A DNA stretch of 64,000 nt from Ginglymostoma cirratum. Taxonomy: Eukaryota. The translations under genes and the position numbers were made by a program. The stretch lies in the NCBI GenBank assembly GCA_024137785.1, contig JAHRHZ010000091.1, positions 6,390,292 to 6,454,291 on the forward strand, written 5' to 3'. Each line of letters starts with the position of its first letter. Position 1 is the stretch's first letter. Below are positions 51,645-64,000 of the stretch, one piece after another. Below the pieces are notes generated by a model. It was not told the origin of the DNA. It saw only the letters and a list, made by a program, of their open reading frames with translations, and did not search any database.

Positions 51645-52910
51645 GAAGACCATAAGAAAAAGGAACAGGATTAATTAATTTGGCCCATCATGTCTGCTCT
51701 GCCATTCAATCGTGGCTGGTATGTTTCTTATTCCCATTCTCCTATTTTCTCCCCAAAACCTTTGATCCCCTTACTAATCAAGAATCTATCTATTTCAGTC
51801 TTAAAGGCACTCAATGACTTGACCTCCTTGGCCTTCTGCGGCAGTGAGTTCCACAGATTCACAACCCTCTGGCTGAAGAAATTCTCTTTATCCTAGTTCT
51901 AAAGGGTAACCCCTTCATTCTGAGGTAGTGCACTTAGGTCCTAATCTCTCTTAAGACCATGAGACAAAGGAGTGGAAGTAAGGCCGTTCGGCCCATCGAG
52001 ACCACTCCGCCATTTAATGATGGGCATTTCGACTCCACTTACCCGCACTCTCCCCGTAGCCCTTGATTCCTTGTGAGATCAAGAATTTATCAATCTCTGC
52101 CTTGAAGGCATTCAACGTCCCGGCCTCCACTGCGCTCCGCGGCAATGAATTCCACAGGCCCACCACTCTGGCTGAAGAAATGTCTCCTCATTTCTGTTCT
52201 GAATTGACTCCCTCTAATTCTAAGGCTGTGCCCACGGGTCCTAGTCTCCCCACCTAACGGAAACAACTTCCCAGCATCCACCCTTTCTAAGCCATGCATT
52301 ATCTTGTAAGTTTCTATTAGATCTCCCCTCAACCTTCTAAACTCTAATGAATACAATCCCAGGATCCTCAGCCGTTCATCGTATGTTAGGCCTACCATTC
52401 CAGGGATCATCCGTGTGAATCTCCGCTGGACATGCTCCAGTGCCAGTATGTCCTTCCTGAGGTGTGGGGCCCAAAATTGGACACAGTACTCTAAATGGGG
52501 CCTAACTAGAGCTTTATAAAGTCTCAGCAGCACATCGCTGCTTTTATATTCCAACCCTTACTTACTAGTCCAACCCAATTCTTACTAGTGAAAATATCCT
52601 TTCTACTTCCACTGTATCCAAACCCCTCAGTACTTTTTAAGTTTCAGTGAGGTCGCCCCTCATCCTTCTAAACTCCATTGAGTACTGACCCAGAATCCTC
52701 AACTACCCCTCATATGACAAGCCTTCATTCCTGGATTCTTTCTGCCTGGAATCTCCTCTGAGCTACCTCTAAGGTCAGCACATCCATCATTAGATACGGG
52801 GCCCAAAACTGCTCACAGTATTCAAAATAAGGTCTGACTGAAGCCTTACACCGTTTCTGCGGTACATCTCTGCTCTTGTATTCCAGCCCTCTCAACACGA
52901 ATGTCAGCCT
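51645..52910 (-). mobile_element. Older CR1 3' fragment containing a nested young CR1 (51953-52557)
   Basis: Outer sequence breaks at ctaatctctctt and resumes at cttactagtgaaaatatcc; inner [27 protein letters not shown] nearly intact with its own tail. Confidence 0.9.
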
Positions 52911-53399
52911 TGATTTGCCTTCTTCACAGAAGATAGCCAACACTTTAAAGCGCTCTAAATTTAGAAGTATTTTAGTGAACAAATGGTTAATCAACGACTG
53001 GGTTCCCTCCGGAAATTGTGAAAGCAATTAATGTTGATACATTCAAATAGAGATCGTAATTTTTTTGAGAAAATAGAAGGGGATACTGTCATGTCTCTGA
53101 CAGGAGATTTGCAATGGAGATTCAGCCCCACTACTCCATGAGCTATATCTAAAGTTTTATTCAATCATCAATTTGTTTCTGTTCATTACTATTGATAAGA
53201 ACTTTCACAAGGCTTTTCAATAAATTCAAAAATAGCATTTATTATGGGTAAACTAATTCTTCAAGCAAGTGGAAAACTGATTATTAACTAAGCTACTGTG
53301 TGAATTGAAATACATCCCTATTAATCCTGCACATGTACACTTTCATTCACGCTAAAGTACCTTGTAGAATTGGAGAAAATTCTCTGTTTGGAGTCATGT

Positions 53400-53790
53400 G
53401 TAATACAGAGCAAGCTGTTAGAGGTCAATTATCTCAGCCTCAGGAAAGTATCGTAAAAGTTCATCAGGGTAGTGTCATAAACCTGAACATATTCCAGTGT
53501 TTAATCAATGGCTTTTCCTCTATCATAATGTCAGAGGCAAGGTAATTCACTGCACATCTTCAGTTCCACTCAGTACTCAGCAGAAACTGAAGCAGTCTGT
53601 TCTCACAATGTACACCAAGAAGCCTCAGGGACAGCAGATGCATGGAAATATCACCACCTGCAGGTTTCCTTCCAAGTCTTACACTATCCTGACTTGAAAG
53701 TTTATCACTGTTCCTTCATTGTTAGAGGGGCTCAGTCCTGGAACGCTCTCCCACACAGCAGTTTGGAAATATGTACACCACATGTACTCT
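53400..53790 (+). mobile_element. Fragments of the CR1-group LINE family at 55320-56822
   Basis: gcagatgcatggaaatatcaccacctgcagg.. homologous to 56555-56700. Confidence 0.65.
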
Positions 53791-55319
53791 AGTAGTTCAA
53801 GAAAGCAAGTCATTATTATATTCTCAAAGACTATTAGCGAAGTGATACTGAGTTGATGCCTTGAACAATTACAGTCCATGTGGTGTGCATATACCTTAGA
53901 AAACAAATAAATTTAAAAGCATTAAAAAAGCTAACTTTTTATACTTATCTTTCAATTCCTGATAATGCCACATACTGCCCTTTTTCTCACTAGTGACTGG
54001 TTGGGAGTGCTGTGCCTACAGAGAGGAAGAGAACAGAAGAAACTGTGAATGGGATGATTAGGAAAGGAAGTGGTGAGTGGAAAATGTGGTGCTCAGGAAG
54101 GTCAGTAAGTGGGAAGAGGCTGCCTAAAACACCAACAGTTGGATCACGTGTGCTGCATTGGTTTTGCACAAAAACAAAACTTGAAAATACAATTCCTGAT
54201 ACGGCATGCAGACTAGTCTGTTATACCCATGATGTAAGGGAACATCTTAAATGGAGCAACTTAAAATGAGGACTTACTGTGGTAATTAAATGGAGGCATG
54301 ATATTAAATGGACGTGAACTTTCTGTCCCCTCTTCCTCTCTTTGACTGTCAGCAATCATTTTTAAAAATCAGATTTAGTAGCAGTCAAAGAAAGTAGTTG
54401 CTGTATCAGTAAAAATCTAATTTTTGTGAATTTTATATTTGCCATAATTGCATTTCTTTAAATTATTCAAAAGTGCAACGAGATATTTGTTAGAACTGGC
54501 AACAACTAAATGTAATCAAAAGTATGGCATTGGCAGGGTGTAATTTTGAATATCTGGAGAAGTGCCTCATTGGTGTTTAGTCTACTGTTAAGTCAAACAT
54601 GTTGAGTATCATGAGAACCTCAAGTTGTAAAACTGACTTAAATGCTTGATTTTTAGAAATGGGAAAGAACCTTTAATGTTGAGAATTAAATCTTTAATCA
54701 GACATTTAGTTTCTCCCCTCATTGTTTCAAATTATATGGAAATGAATCCGTGTAGTATACTTAGAGGATTTGAGTTGTGTTATTTCATCCCATGTAGCCT
54801 TCAACATAGTATGAGGAAGGGGGTTTATGATAATTGGCTAAGTTGGAATCTTGCTGGTTTCTTCAACGGAGAACTTTATGTTTATATGCATTGTGTCATA
54901 AGGTTGTAAATACTGTACTGGTACCTTTTGTAGGTGTTAAGAATTAAAACAATGTTTGACAATAAAACAAAATCAATGTAATTTGAAATGAATTTAATTG
55001 AATAGTGACGTGTAATAGTATGTACTCTAATTGTATTAATTTATGATTATACATTTAAATCATTTTCATGTGTTTAATTTTGGAACACAATGTTGTCTGG
55101 TTTTATCTACCTAGTAAATTGTATAACGATTTATGAAATATTTCTATAATTTGAAATAAAATTATTCATGAAATTCCATATTTGTGCAATAGGGACAAAA
55201 TTGCTTTCAATTTCATGAATTTCTAATAATGCTTACTTGATGAAGCATTGAAGTTGGAACAACTGGCTGGTCAGTTTTCAGCCTCCAATTTCTGAAAGGA
55301 AATCTTTGTACAAAGCATT

Positions 55320-56822
55320 TGCAACAATCTTCATCGAGAAGTGCTAATTGGCTGAGGTCCCCATCATCACAGGTGCCAGTCTACAGACAATTCCATTCAC
55401 TCAACATAATACCAAGAGACAGCTACAGTCACTGGATACTGCAAAGGCTGTGCTTCCTGAAAACATTCTGGCAATAGTACTGAAGATATGTGCTCCAAAA
55501 CTTGCTGTGGCCCTAACCAAACTGTTTCCATACAACTATAACGCTAGCATCTATCTGACAATGTCAGTAATTGCTCAGGCAAGTGCTGAATGTGAAAGGC
55601 AGGATAGATCCATTTGGCAAATTACCACCCCATCACTCCATGCTCAATCATCACTAAAATGATGGGAGGTGTCATCAATAGTGTTATCAAGCAGCACTTG
55701 TTTAGCACTAACACTAACTGCTCACTGGCACTCAATTTGAATTCTGCCAGCGCCACTCAGCTTCTGACTCGATTACAGCCTTGGTCCAAATGTGGACAAA
55801 AGAGCCAAATTCCAGATGTACAGTAAGAGTGATGGACTTTGATGAAAATACCATATTTGGCTGGGTGTGGCATCAAGGAACCCTGGCAAAATTGGAGTCA
55901 ATTGGAGTTGGGAAAATATCTCTGTTGGTTGGAGTCATTACATGACATAAAAGAAAGATGTTTGTGGTTGTTCAGGGTTAGTCATCTCATCTCTCGGACA
56001 TCTCTGCACGAGTTCCTCAGTCCTAGGTCCATCCATCTCTATCTGCTTCATCAGTGACCTTCCCTCCATCATAAGATCAGAAGTTGGGATGTTCGCTGAT
56101 GATTGTGCAATGTTGAGCACCATTTGCGAAGACTCAGATACTGAAGCAGCCTGTGTCCAAATGCCCCACAATAATATACAAACTTGATCTAAAAATTGAC
56201 AAGTACTATTTGTGCCACACGAATACTAGGCAATGACCATCTCCAACAAAAGAGAATTTTACCATTGCCCTTTGAAATTCCATGGTATTGCCATCACTGA
56301 ATCTTCCACTGTCAACATCTGGGAGGTATCATTAACTCGAAACTGAACTGGACTTGCCATGTAAATACAATGGCTACGAGAGCAGAGTATTGACTCCAGT
56401 TTCTGTAGGATTTCTTGATACCACACCTTGTCAGATGTGGCCTTGATGACAAGGGCAGTCACTGTCACCTCACCTTTGGAATTCAACTGTTTTGTCCATG
56501 TTTGGATCAAGGCTTTAATGAAATCAGGAGCAGATCTGGAAGGACAAGGACAAGGGCAGCAGATACATGGGAACACTCACCTGCAAGTTCTGTTCCAAGC
56601 CACGCACCATCCTGACGTAGAAATAGTTCACTGTTTCTTCAGTGTTACGAGTCAAAATTCTGGAACTCCCTTCCTAACATCATTGTGGGTCTACCTACAA
56701 AATGTGGATAGCAGCGGTTCAAGAAGGCAACCCACCACTACCACCTTAAGGGCAACTAGGAATGGGCAATAAATGCTGACCCAGCCAGTGATACCCATAT
56801 CTCATGAATGAATAAAAAAAAG
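55320..56822 (+). mobile_element. CR1/L2-group LINE (RT and 3' end) with an inverted internal segment
   Basis: LDTAKA..VLKICAPKLA..NYHPI, MFADDC; tail gaatgaataaaaaa; inverted RT segment 56388-56536. Confidence 0.8.
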
Positions 56823-57211
56823 GATAAAAGTATTTTAAATCTTGCTGTTGCTAATATTGCAGCAAAATGTGAGGCCATAGTGTTTGGGCTAGCTTTTTAT
56901 AAGACTCCACTAGTTTAAAGAAAAGTTCTTGGAATGCGGGCCACCATTTGTTTGCCCATCCCTCATTGACCTTGAGATGTTGGTGGTATAGTCCTAGTCA
57001 GGACTGTCTGTGGCTTGTAGGGGACATTGCAGTAGGTGTTGGTGTTTCCATGCCTCTACTACCCCTGTCTTTTAAGGTAGTAGAGGTTTCACATTTGAAA
57101 GGTATTGTTGAAGAAGCCTCTATGAAATGTCTTGTAGATGATACATACTGTTGCCACATTGCATCTGATGGAGGGAGTAAAAACTTGAGCTGGTGAAAGT
57201 GGGAGCTAAGT

Positions 57212-57745
57212 GTTCAGTTTCAGGTAGTCAGGAAAACTAATGAAATGTTGGTCCTTATTTCAAGGGGGTTGGAATATAAGAGTAGGAAAGTCTTCTTGCA
57301 ACTGTACAAGGTGCTAGTGAGACCATATATGGAGTACTGAGGGTGGTTTTGGTCTCTTTACTTGAGGAAAGATAGTTGAGAGATTTCAGAGTTCACTAGG
57401 ACAATCCTCGGTATGGATGGATTGTCCTATGAGCAAAAGTTAAACAAGTTGGGACTGTACATGCTCGAATTTAGAAGAATGAGAGGTGATCTCATTGAAA
57501 CATATAGGATTCTTAAAGGATTTGACAGGGTAAATACTGAGAGGATGTTTTCCCTCTTGGGAGAGTCTAGCTCTGGATGGCACAGTCTCAATAAAGGGGT
57601 GTCGGTTTGAGACTGAGATAAGGAGCAATTTCTTCTGTCAGAAGATTGAATGTCTTTGGAACTTCTTGCCACAGGGAGTCCTTGTGTATGTTTAAGGCTG
57701 AGATAGATTCTTAATCAGTAGGGGAATCAAGGGTGATGGAGATAG
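57212..57745 (+). mobile_element. CR1 3' fragment
   Basis: LYKVLVRPYMEY, LSYEQKLNKLGLYMLEFRRMRGDLIETY. Confidence 0.88.
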
Positions 57746-57806
57746 TGGTTGATTCACAAATGAAAGGTCTGTGACTTAACCAATTCAAAATCTCCAATTG
57801 TAGCCA

Positions 57807-60405
57807 GAAGACCATAAGACCAAGGAGCAGAAATTAGGCCATTTGGCCTATCGAATCTGCTCCTCCATTCAATCATGGCTGATAAGTTCCTCAACCTCAT
57901 TCTCCTGCTTTCTCCCTGTAACCCTTGATAATCAAGAACCGATCTACCTCTGTTTTAAATGTACTCAATGATCTGGACTCCACAACCTTCTGAGGCAGTG
58001 AATTCCATAGATTCCCCACTCTCTGGCTGAAGAAGTTTCTCCTTATCTCCGTTCTAAAAGGTCTTCCTTTTACAATAAGGCTGTGCCCTCAGGTCCTAGA
58101 CTCTCCTATCAATGGAAGCATCTTCCCAACATCCATTTTGTCCGGGCCATTCAGTATTCTGAATGTTTCAATTAGATCCCCCCTCATCCTTCTAAACTCC
58201 GATGAGTATAGTCTCCGAGTCCTCAAACATTCCTCGTATGTTCAGCTTTTCATTCCTGGGACCATTCTCTAAACCTCCTCTGAACCCGCTCCAGGACCAG
58301 TACATCCTTCCTGAGATATGGGGCCCAAAACTGCACACAATACTCCAAATGTGGCCTGACCAGAGTCTTTTAAAGCCTCAGTAGTACATCCCTGCTTTTA
58401 TATTCAAGTCCTCTCAAAATAAATACCAACATTGCATTTGCTTTCTTGACTACTGACTCAACCTGCAAGTTTACCTTGAGAGAATCCTGGACTAGAACTC
58501 CCAAGTCTCTTTGCATTTCAGACTTCTGAATTTTCTCCCCATTTTAGAAAATAGTCCATGCTTTTATTCTTCTTACCAATGTGCATGCCCTCACACTTTC
58601 CCAAGTTGTACTCCATCGGCCACTTCTTTGCCCACTCTCCTAAACTGTCCAAATCCTTCTGCAGCCTCGCCATCTCCTCAATACCACCTGTCCTTCCACC
58701 TATCTTTGTATCGTCTGCAAACTTAGCCAGAATGCCCACAGTTCCTTCATCGAGATAAATACTGGGACACAACTTCTCACTTTGTACGTTACTGACCCTT
58801 GCGGAACACCACTTGTCACCGGCTGCCATCCTGAGAAAGACCCCTTTATCCTCTCTCTCTGCTTTCTGCCAGACAGCCAATTTTCTATCCATGCTAGCAC
58901 CTTGCGTCTAACACCGAGGGCCCTTATCTTGCTCAGCAGTCTCCTGTGTAGCACCTCATCAAAGGCCTTCTTGAAGTCCAGGTAGATAACATCCGTTGGC
59001 TCTCCTTGGTCTACCTTGCTCATTACTTGATTAAAGAATTCTAGCAGATTCGTCAGGCATGATCTCCCCTTGATGAAACCATGCTGACTTTGCCCTATTT
59101 TACTGCACACTTCCAAATATTCAGAAATCTCATCCTTTACAATGGACTCATAAATCTTACCCATGACCGAGGTTAGGCTAATCGGCCTGTGATTTTGTGT
59201 CTTTTGCCTTACTCCCTTTTTAAACAGGCGTTTCATGTTAACGATTTTCTAATCCTCTGGGACCCTCCCTGATTCAAGCGATTCCTGCAAGATCACCACT
59301 AACATTTCCACTATTTCTTCAGCTATCTCCTTTAGAACTCTGGGGTGTAGTCTATCTGGTCCAGGTGATTTGTCCACCTTCAGGCCAATCAGTTTTACTA
59401 GCACCTTTTCCTTGGTGATGGCCACCATACTCAGCTCTGCCCCCTGACTCTCTTGAATTATTGGGATATTACTCGTGTCTTCCGCCGTGAAGACTGACGT
59501 GAAGTAATTATTCAGTTCCTCAGCCATTTCCTTGTTCCCCACTACTATCTTTCCACTGTCATTTTCCAATGGTCCAATGTCTACTTTTGCTTCTCTTTTG
59601 CCCTTTATATACCTAAAGAAACTCTTACAGTCTTCATTTATATTACTGGCTAGCTTACCCTCATATTTAACCTTCTCCCTCCTTATTTCTTTTTATTTGT
59701 TGCCCTCTGTTGGTCTTTGTCAGCTTCCCAGTTCTCTGGTTTCCCACTATCCTTCACCACATTATATGCTTTCAGTTTTGCTTTTATGCTATCCCTGACT
59801 TCCTTAGTCACCCATGGTTGCTTCATCGTCCCTGTACCATGCTTCTTTTTCCTAGGGATGAATTTTTGCTGCGTCTCCTGAATTACTCCCAGAAACTCCA
59901 GCCATTGTTGTTCCATTGTCTTTCCTGTTAGGCTCCTCTTCCAGTCAATTCTGCCCAGCTCCTCCCCCATACCTCTGTAGTAACCTTTATTCAGCTGTAA
60001 TACCGTTACCTCTGATTCTATCTTCTCTCTCTCAAATTGCAGAGTAAATTCAATCATATTATGATCACCGCCTCCTAAGGGCTCCTTTACCTTAAGCTCC
60101 CTTATCAAGTCTGCCAGTTTGCACAACACTAAATTCAGTATTGCCTGTTCCCTTGTGGCCTCCACCACGAGCTGCTCCAAAAAGCCATCTCGTAGACATT
60201 CCACAAACTCCTTTTCTTGCAATCCACTACTAACATGATTTTCCCAGTCCACCTGCATATTGAAATCCCCCATGATCACTGTGACTTTGCCACTCTTACA
60301 CACCTTTTCTATCTCCTGGTGTATTTCGCATCCCAGCTCCTGACTACTGTTTGGAGGCCTGTACGTAACCCCAACTATAGTTTTTTCTACCTTTGTGTTC
60401 CTCAA
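57807..60405 (-). mobile_element. Relatively young CR1 LINE, most of ORF2 (APE endonuclease and RT), 5'-truncated and frameshifted
   Basis: GVTYRPPN, IMGDFN, GGDHNMI, KSPGPDRLHPRVLKE, NHRPISLTS, QHGFIKGRSCLTNL, YLDFKKAFD, GVPQGS, KFADDTKIGG; tail aagaccataagacc. Confidence 0.95.
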
Positions 60406-61034
60406 GTTTAAGATGAGCAAGTAGCATTTGATGAAGGAAAGATAAGTTAGTTTTCATCAGGTTTAAAATGGCTTATAGCAGAGAACTGAGTGTTTTTAGC
60501 TGCTGCAGGTATACTGGTTTCTATTTTGCTTTGGCTAGTTTTTCACTGCCTTGTTCACAGCCGAAGTTGTCCAGCTACTTGACAACCGGTCAATAGTTGT
60601 TGGCAGATCAAGGAACTTTGTCATTGATAATTAGTCACTGGAGCATGCCAATCAATTTCACTTGTAAACAACCCCTTGGCTCCAGTTTGTCTCCTCATTA
60701 CTGGAACCCACAGTTACACAGGCAGTATAATCAGTACTTTCAAAGCTTGCCTTACTTTCAAAACATGCAACCATCCTTCTAAATCCCTGGGATTCAAAAT
60801 AGTTCAGTCTCGATTCAATCCATAGTTTTAAAAAGCACAAAACTGAAAAAGACATAGTCTTTGCAGGTAAGAACAGAACTAGGCAAGTGATGTCCCACCT
60901 GGCTGGATGACAGTGAAGAGAGTTTGAAGTAGAATTTTGTGGCTAACAGAGACTGAAAATGGGTCAAGAAGGACAAAGAGGATTGATTTACCTTCTGCCA
61001 CAATCATGTAGCATATAATTTGTGATTTCAGTAA

Positions 61035-61340
61035 GACCATTATTGATACTTTAAAATTTGTTCCTGGGAGCTGAATGTCTTTGGTAAAACCAACAGTTTA
61101 TTTGCCTATTCTCAATTATCCTCTAAGGTGGTGTGGATTGCCGCCTTTACTAGCTGTAATATCTATGGTCTGGATACATCTACAGTGCTGTTGTGAAAAA
61201 AGTTCCAGGAGTTTGGCCCATAGGAAGTGAGTTTCTGGCTGCAGAATAACCATGTTTGATCTCCTCTTGTAGCCACATCTTTGTATGGCTGGTTCAGTTC
61301 GGCTTCAGGTCAGTGGTAGCTCCCCAGCATATTGATGTTG
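61035..61340 (-). mobile_element. 3' fragment of CR1-group LINE family
   Basis: tttatttgcctattctcaattatcc..agttccagga is the reverse of 56640-56800. Confidence 0.6.
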
Positions 61341-61860
61341 GTGGAAGGAATAAGACATTCAAACATAATATTCGAGATCGTTAAGACATTTCAGAGGCAA
61401 CCACCTGTACAAGGACTTCCCTTGAACAGGAAAGAGAGATCTTGAGTTAGGGTTGTATTCTATACCGGTAAATAGTTCAAGGGTTTTTCTAAGGGGGGAT
61501 TGGTGGCAGCAGGTTGGAGGTAGAGAGGAGAACAGTGCATGTAAAAATGAATTTAAGCGGTTTTGCCTGGTTGGTTAGTTTTAGGCCTGTGTGAGTGATT
61601 TCCAGGCACTAGTTGGACTGCTCAATATTTAGTTCTGCTTCTGAAAATGATTGAATTCTAGTAGTTTGGCTTGGTCTATGTCCTTATCTCTAAATCAGAC
61701 AATTCAGATTCAAATCTGATGTGCTCCGGAGGTGTGTCGTAACATCCCTGAACCGATTAATTAAAATGTCTAGAAGGTGACTTGTGTGGTTTGTGTTATC
61801 TGCCTCTGAACTAATGCAAGGCATAGCTAAACCCTACATGCTAAGTAGTGACAAGTTCAA

Positions 61861-62095
61861 GTTATGAAAACAGAAGTTGCTGGAAAAGCTCAGCAGGTCT
61901 GGCAGCATCTATGAAGAGAAATCGGAGTTAATGTCTCGTATCCAGTGACCCTTCCTCAGACCCTTCTGAAGGGTTCCTGGACCCAAAACGTTAACTCTTG
62001 ATTTCTCTTCACAGATGCTGCCAGACTGGCTGAGTTTTTCCAGTAACTTCTGTTTTTGTTTCTGATTTCTTGCATTTGTGGTTTTTTCAGATTTT
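61861..62095. mobile_element. Palindromic Penelope-derived family B element
   Basis: Inverted arms aaaacagaagttgctggaaaagctcagc / gctgagtttttccagtaacttctgtttt; back-to-back hammerhead-like cores; TSD acaagttcaa at 61851-61860 and 62096-62105. Confidence 0.85.
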
Positions 62096-63559
62096 ACAAG
62101 TTCAAAGCTGTTGGTTTTGCCTATATGACATACACAAAACACGACTACCTTTCTGGAATACTTACTTCTGCAAGCCTGAAAGCAATATTCAGCATCCATT
62201 GTATGTTAGGTGAAAGGTATAATATAAAGAAAATGGGCCCATTATAAAATGTTCTCATCTACATGATCAACTGACAGGCACTTTAAGTAGGTGGGATTGT
62301 TTTTCTTCACAATCTGTCTCTCTAGTTTAAAATGCAATTCTGCAGTTGATAAATCAGAATGAATTTCTCAGCTCATTTTACCCAGTCGACTAAATTGCTC
62401 TGATGAAGGACAGGTATTTCAGCCCATTGAACAGATTGAATTTTAGTAGGCAATTACGACTAAAGTCTCTGGTCAGTAACAAAAATTAAATGCATTTTGG
62501 CAGCTTGAGTGTTTTTCTGACTTAATATTGGCTTTCTTAATAGGCTTACAGAATATAAAAATGTTTAGAAGCTTTTACTTGAAAATTGTTTCAACTGCTG
62601 GTTTGAATTTGGCTAGAAAACGTCGTAATGTGTTATTCACAGAAGACCTAGCAGGAATAAATACTGCAAAATTACCCCCATAAGCTGTAGAGATCAGAAG
62701 AATTTTATTCTTCTATTTTGGAGCGTGCATTACTGTAGTATCTTAATAAATTAGTTGCTGCGCATTCTCAGCCCTTCTGCTACTAAGCTGTTTATTACAG
62801 GGGATAGCCAGAATTCAGCCATTAATGCAAATTAGAAGCTGGATGCCATTTGACCAGATATTGAACATGCTCAACGTGTTTATTTATTTTTGGTCAGGTT
62901 TCCTGAAAGTGCAGCAGTGTAGTCTTCCTTTAATCTTCTGGCAGTAAAACTACTAACAAGCAAGAGAAGAAATGTTAAAATTAGAGCAAATACTCATACA
63001 AGGTATCAGTGCACTTAGCTGGTTCACTTGAGCGTTTGTGATTCTGACCCCAACGGAATATCTAACTATTGGTAAGCATGTAGCACTGTTGCTTCTATGC
63101 AAGTTTTCCATGTCAAACAAAAACTTTTTAAATTGATGTTGAGCAGTTACTGGTTTACAGCTTTTGTATTATAAATAAACAAAATTAACTTCCTTAAAAT
63201 GAGAAATCTGTATTTTTTTTTGCCTTTTAAATTTAAAAAGAATCTTGCCAACGAATAAGCAATGTTCAGTATCACATTGCAACGACTGAGATACTGAAGC
63301 AGTCCATGTTCAAGTGCAACAGGACCTGGACAATATCCAGGCTTGGACTGACAAGTGGCAAGTAACATTCATGTCACTCAAATGTCAGCTGTTCATTTGG
63401 CCTTGGCAATCACTGCTGATCTAATTCCTGTTATGGCCACTGGTGACTGATAGGAATTTTTCTTACTATTTTCTCACTCATTTTATGCAGGAGTCACCCT
63501 TAGATCATTGTATGTTGTTTATTTCTGTTTAAGATGGTCCATTCTATTATCTGGCATGA

Positions 63560-63858
63560 AAGCGAGTAAGATCCCTTCATGTTTTTGAAAAAAAAAGTCC
63601 TACTGTTTGAGCGAAAGAGGAACATGGGAATTTTCCCAGTGTTTTAACCAATATTTATCCCTCAATCAACACCATTAGACCAGATAATGTGCTCATTTAT
63701 TTAATTGCCATTTGTGGAAACTTGTAGTACTTAAATTGGCTGCTGCATCTCCCTGTATGGCAATAGTGACAGCAATTCAAAAATATTTCATGGGTTGCAG
63801 AATGCTTTGGGAATACGGGTGTTGTGAAATGCATTGTGTAAAGACAAGATCATTCTTG
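63560..63858 (+). mobile_element. DeuSINE (SacSINE1/AmnSINE1-like) with L2-type tail
   Basis: ccaatatttatccctcaatcaac..aaattggctgctgc..ttcaaaaatatttcatgg..gctttggg..gtgaaa resembles the Deu domain and tail. Confidence 0.65.
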
Positions 63859-64000
63859 CAAGTGGACACAGGTTAATTGTCTCCTTCTTTCATTGTGGAC
63901 CAACTGGATATAGCCGGAGAATTGTGGATCTCTTTCTGGTCTGCAAGATTCTTTATTCGCTGTCTGAACAAGCTGAACCACCAGGATACCAAATACCAAA

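Noticed and set aside
59683-60420. Longest real ORF (245 aa) as a cellular endonuclease gene
   Set aside because: It is the APE domain of a frameshifted CR1 ORF2.
62399-62432. ctgatgaagg possible hammerhead
   Set aside because: No stem II or correctly placed GAAA box.

Overview
Non-coding, repeat-rich eukaryotic DNA (intronic or intergenic), very probably from an elasmobranch (shark): it carries HE1-type V-SINEs, a SacSINE1/Deu-type SINE and abundant CR1 LINEs. I found no recognisable cellular protein-coding gene, RNA gene or CRISPR array. The ORFs I can assign are decayed transposon fragments: CR1, L2, RTE, Rex1/Babar and Tx1/L1 LINEs, one ancient Ty3/Gypsy provirus with nested insertions, and Penelope-like GIY-YIG fragments. 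The most notable structure is a set of at least three families of short Penelope-derived elements. They carry minimal hammerhead-ribozyme motifs (CUGANGA..GAAA-palindrome-UH) and are often built as inverted-repeat units with a one-sided 30-35 nt tail and 10-16 bp target-site duplications. Smaller oddities are a 33-bp micro-inversion in a CR1 RT motif, a templated insertion junction, an exact 69-bp dispersed duplication and a strong CTCF-like motif. There is a 400-N gap at 23155-23554. Family names come from motif recognition by eye, not database searches, and boundaries of old repeats are approximate.
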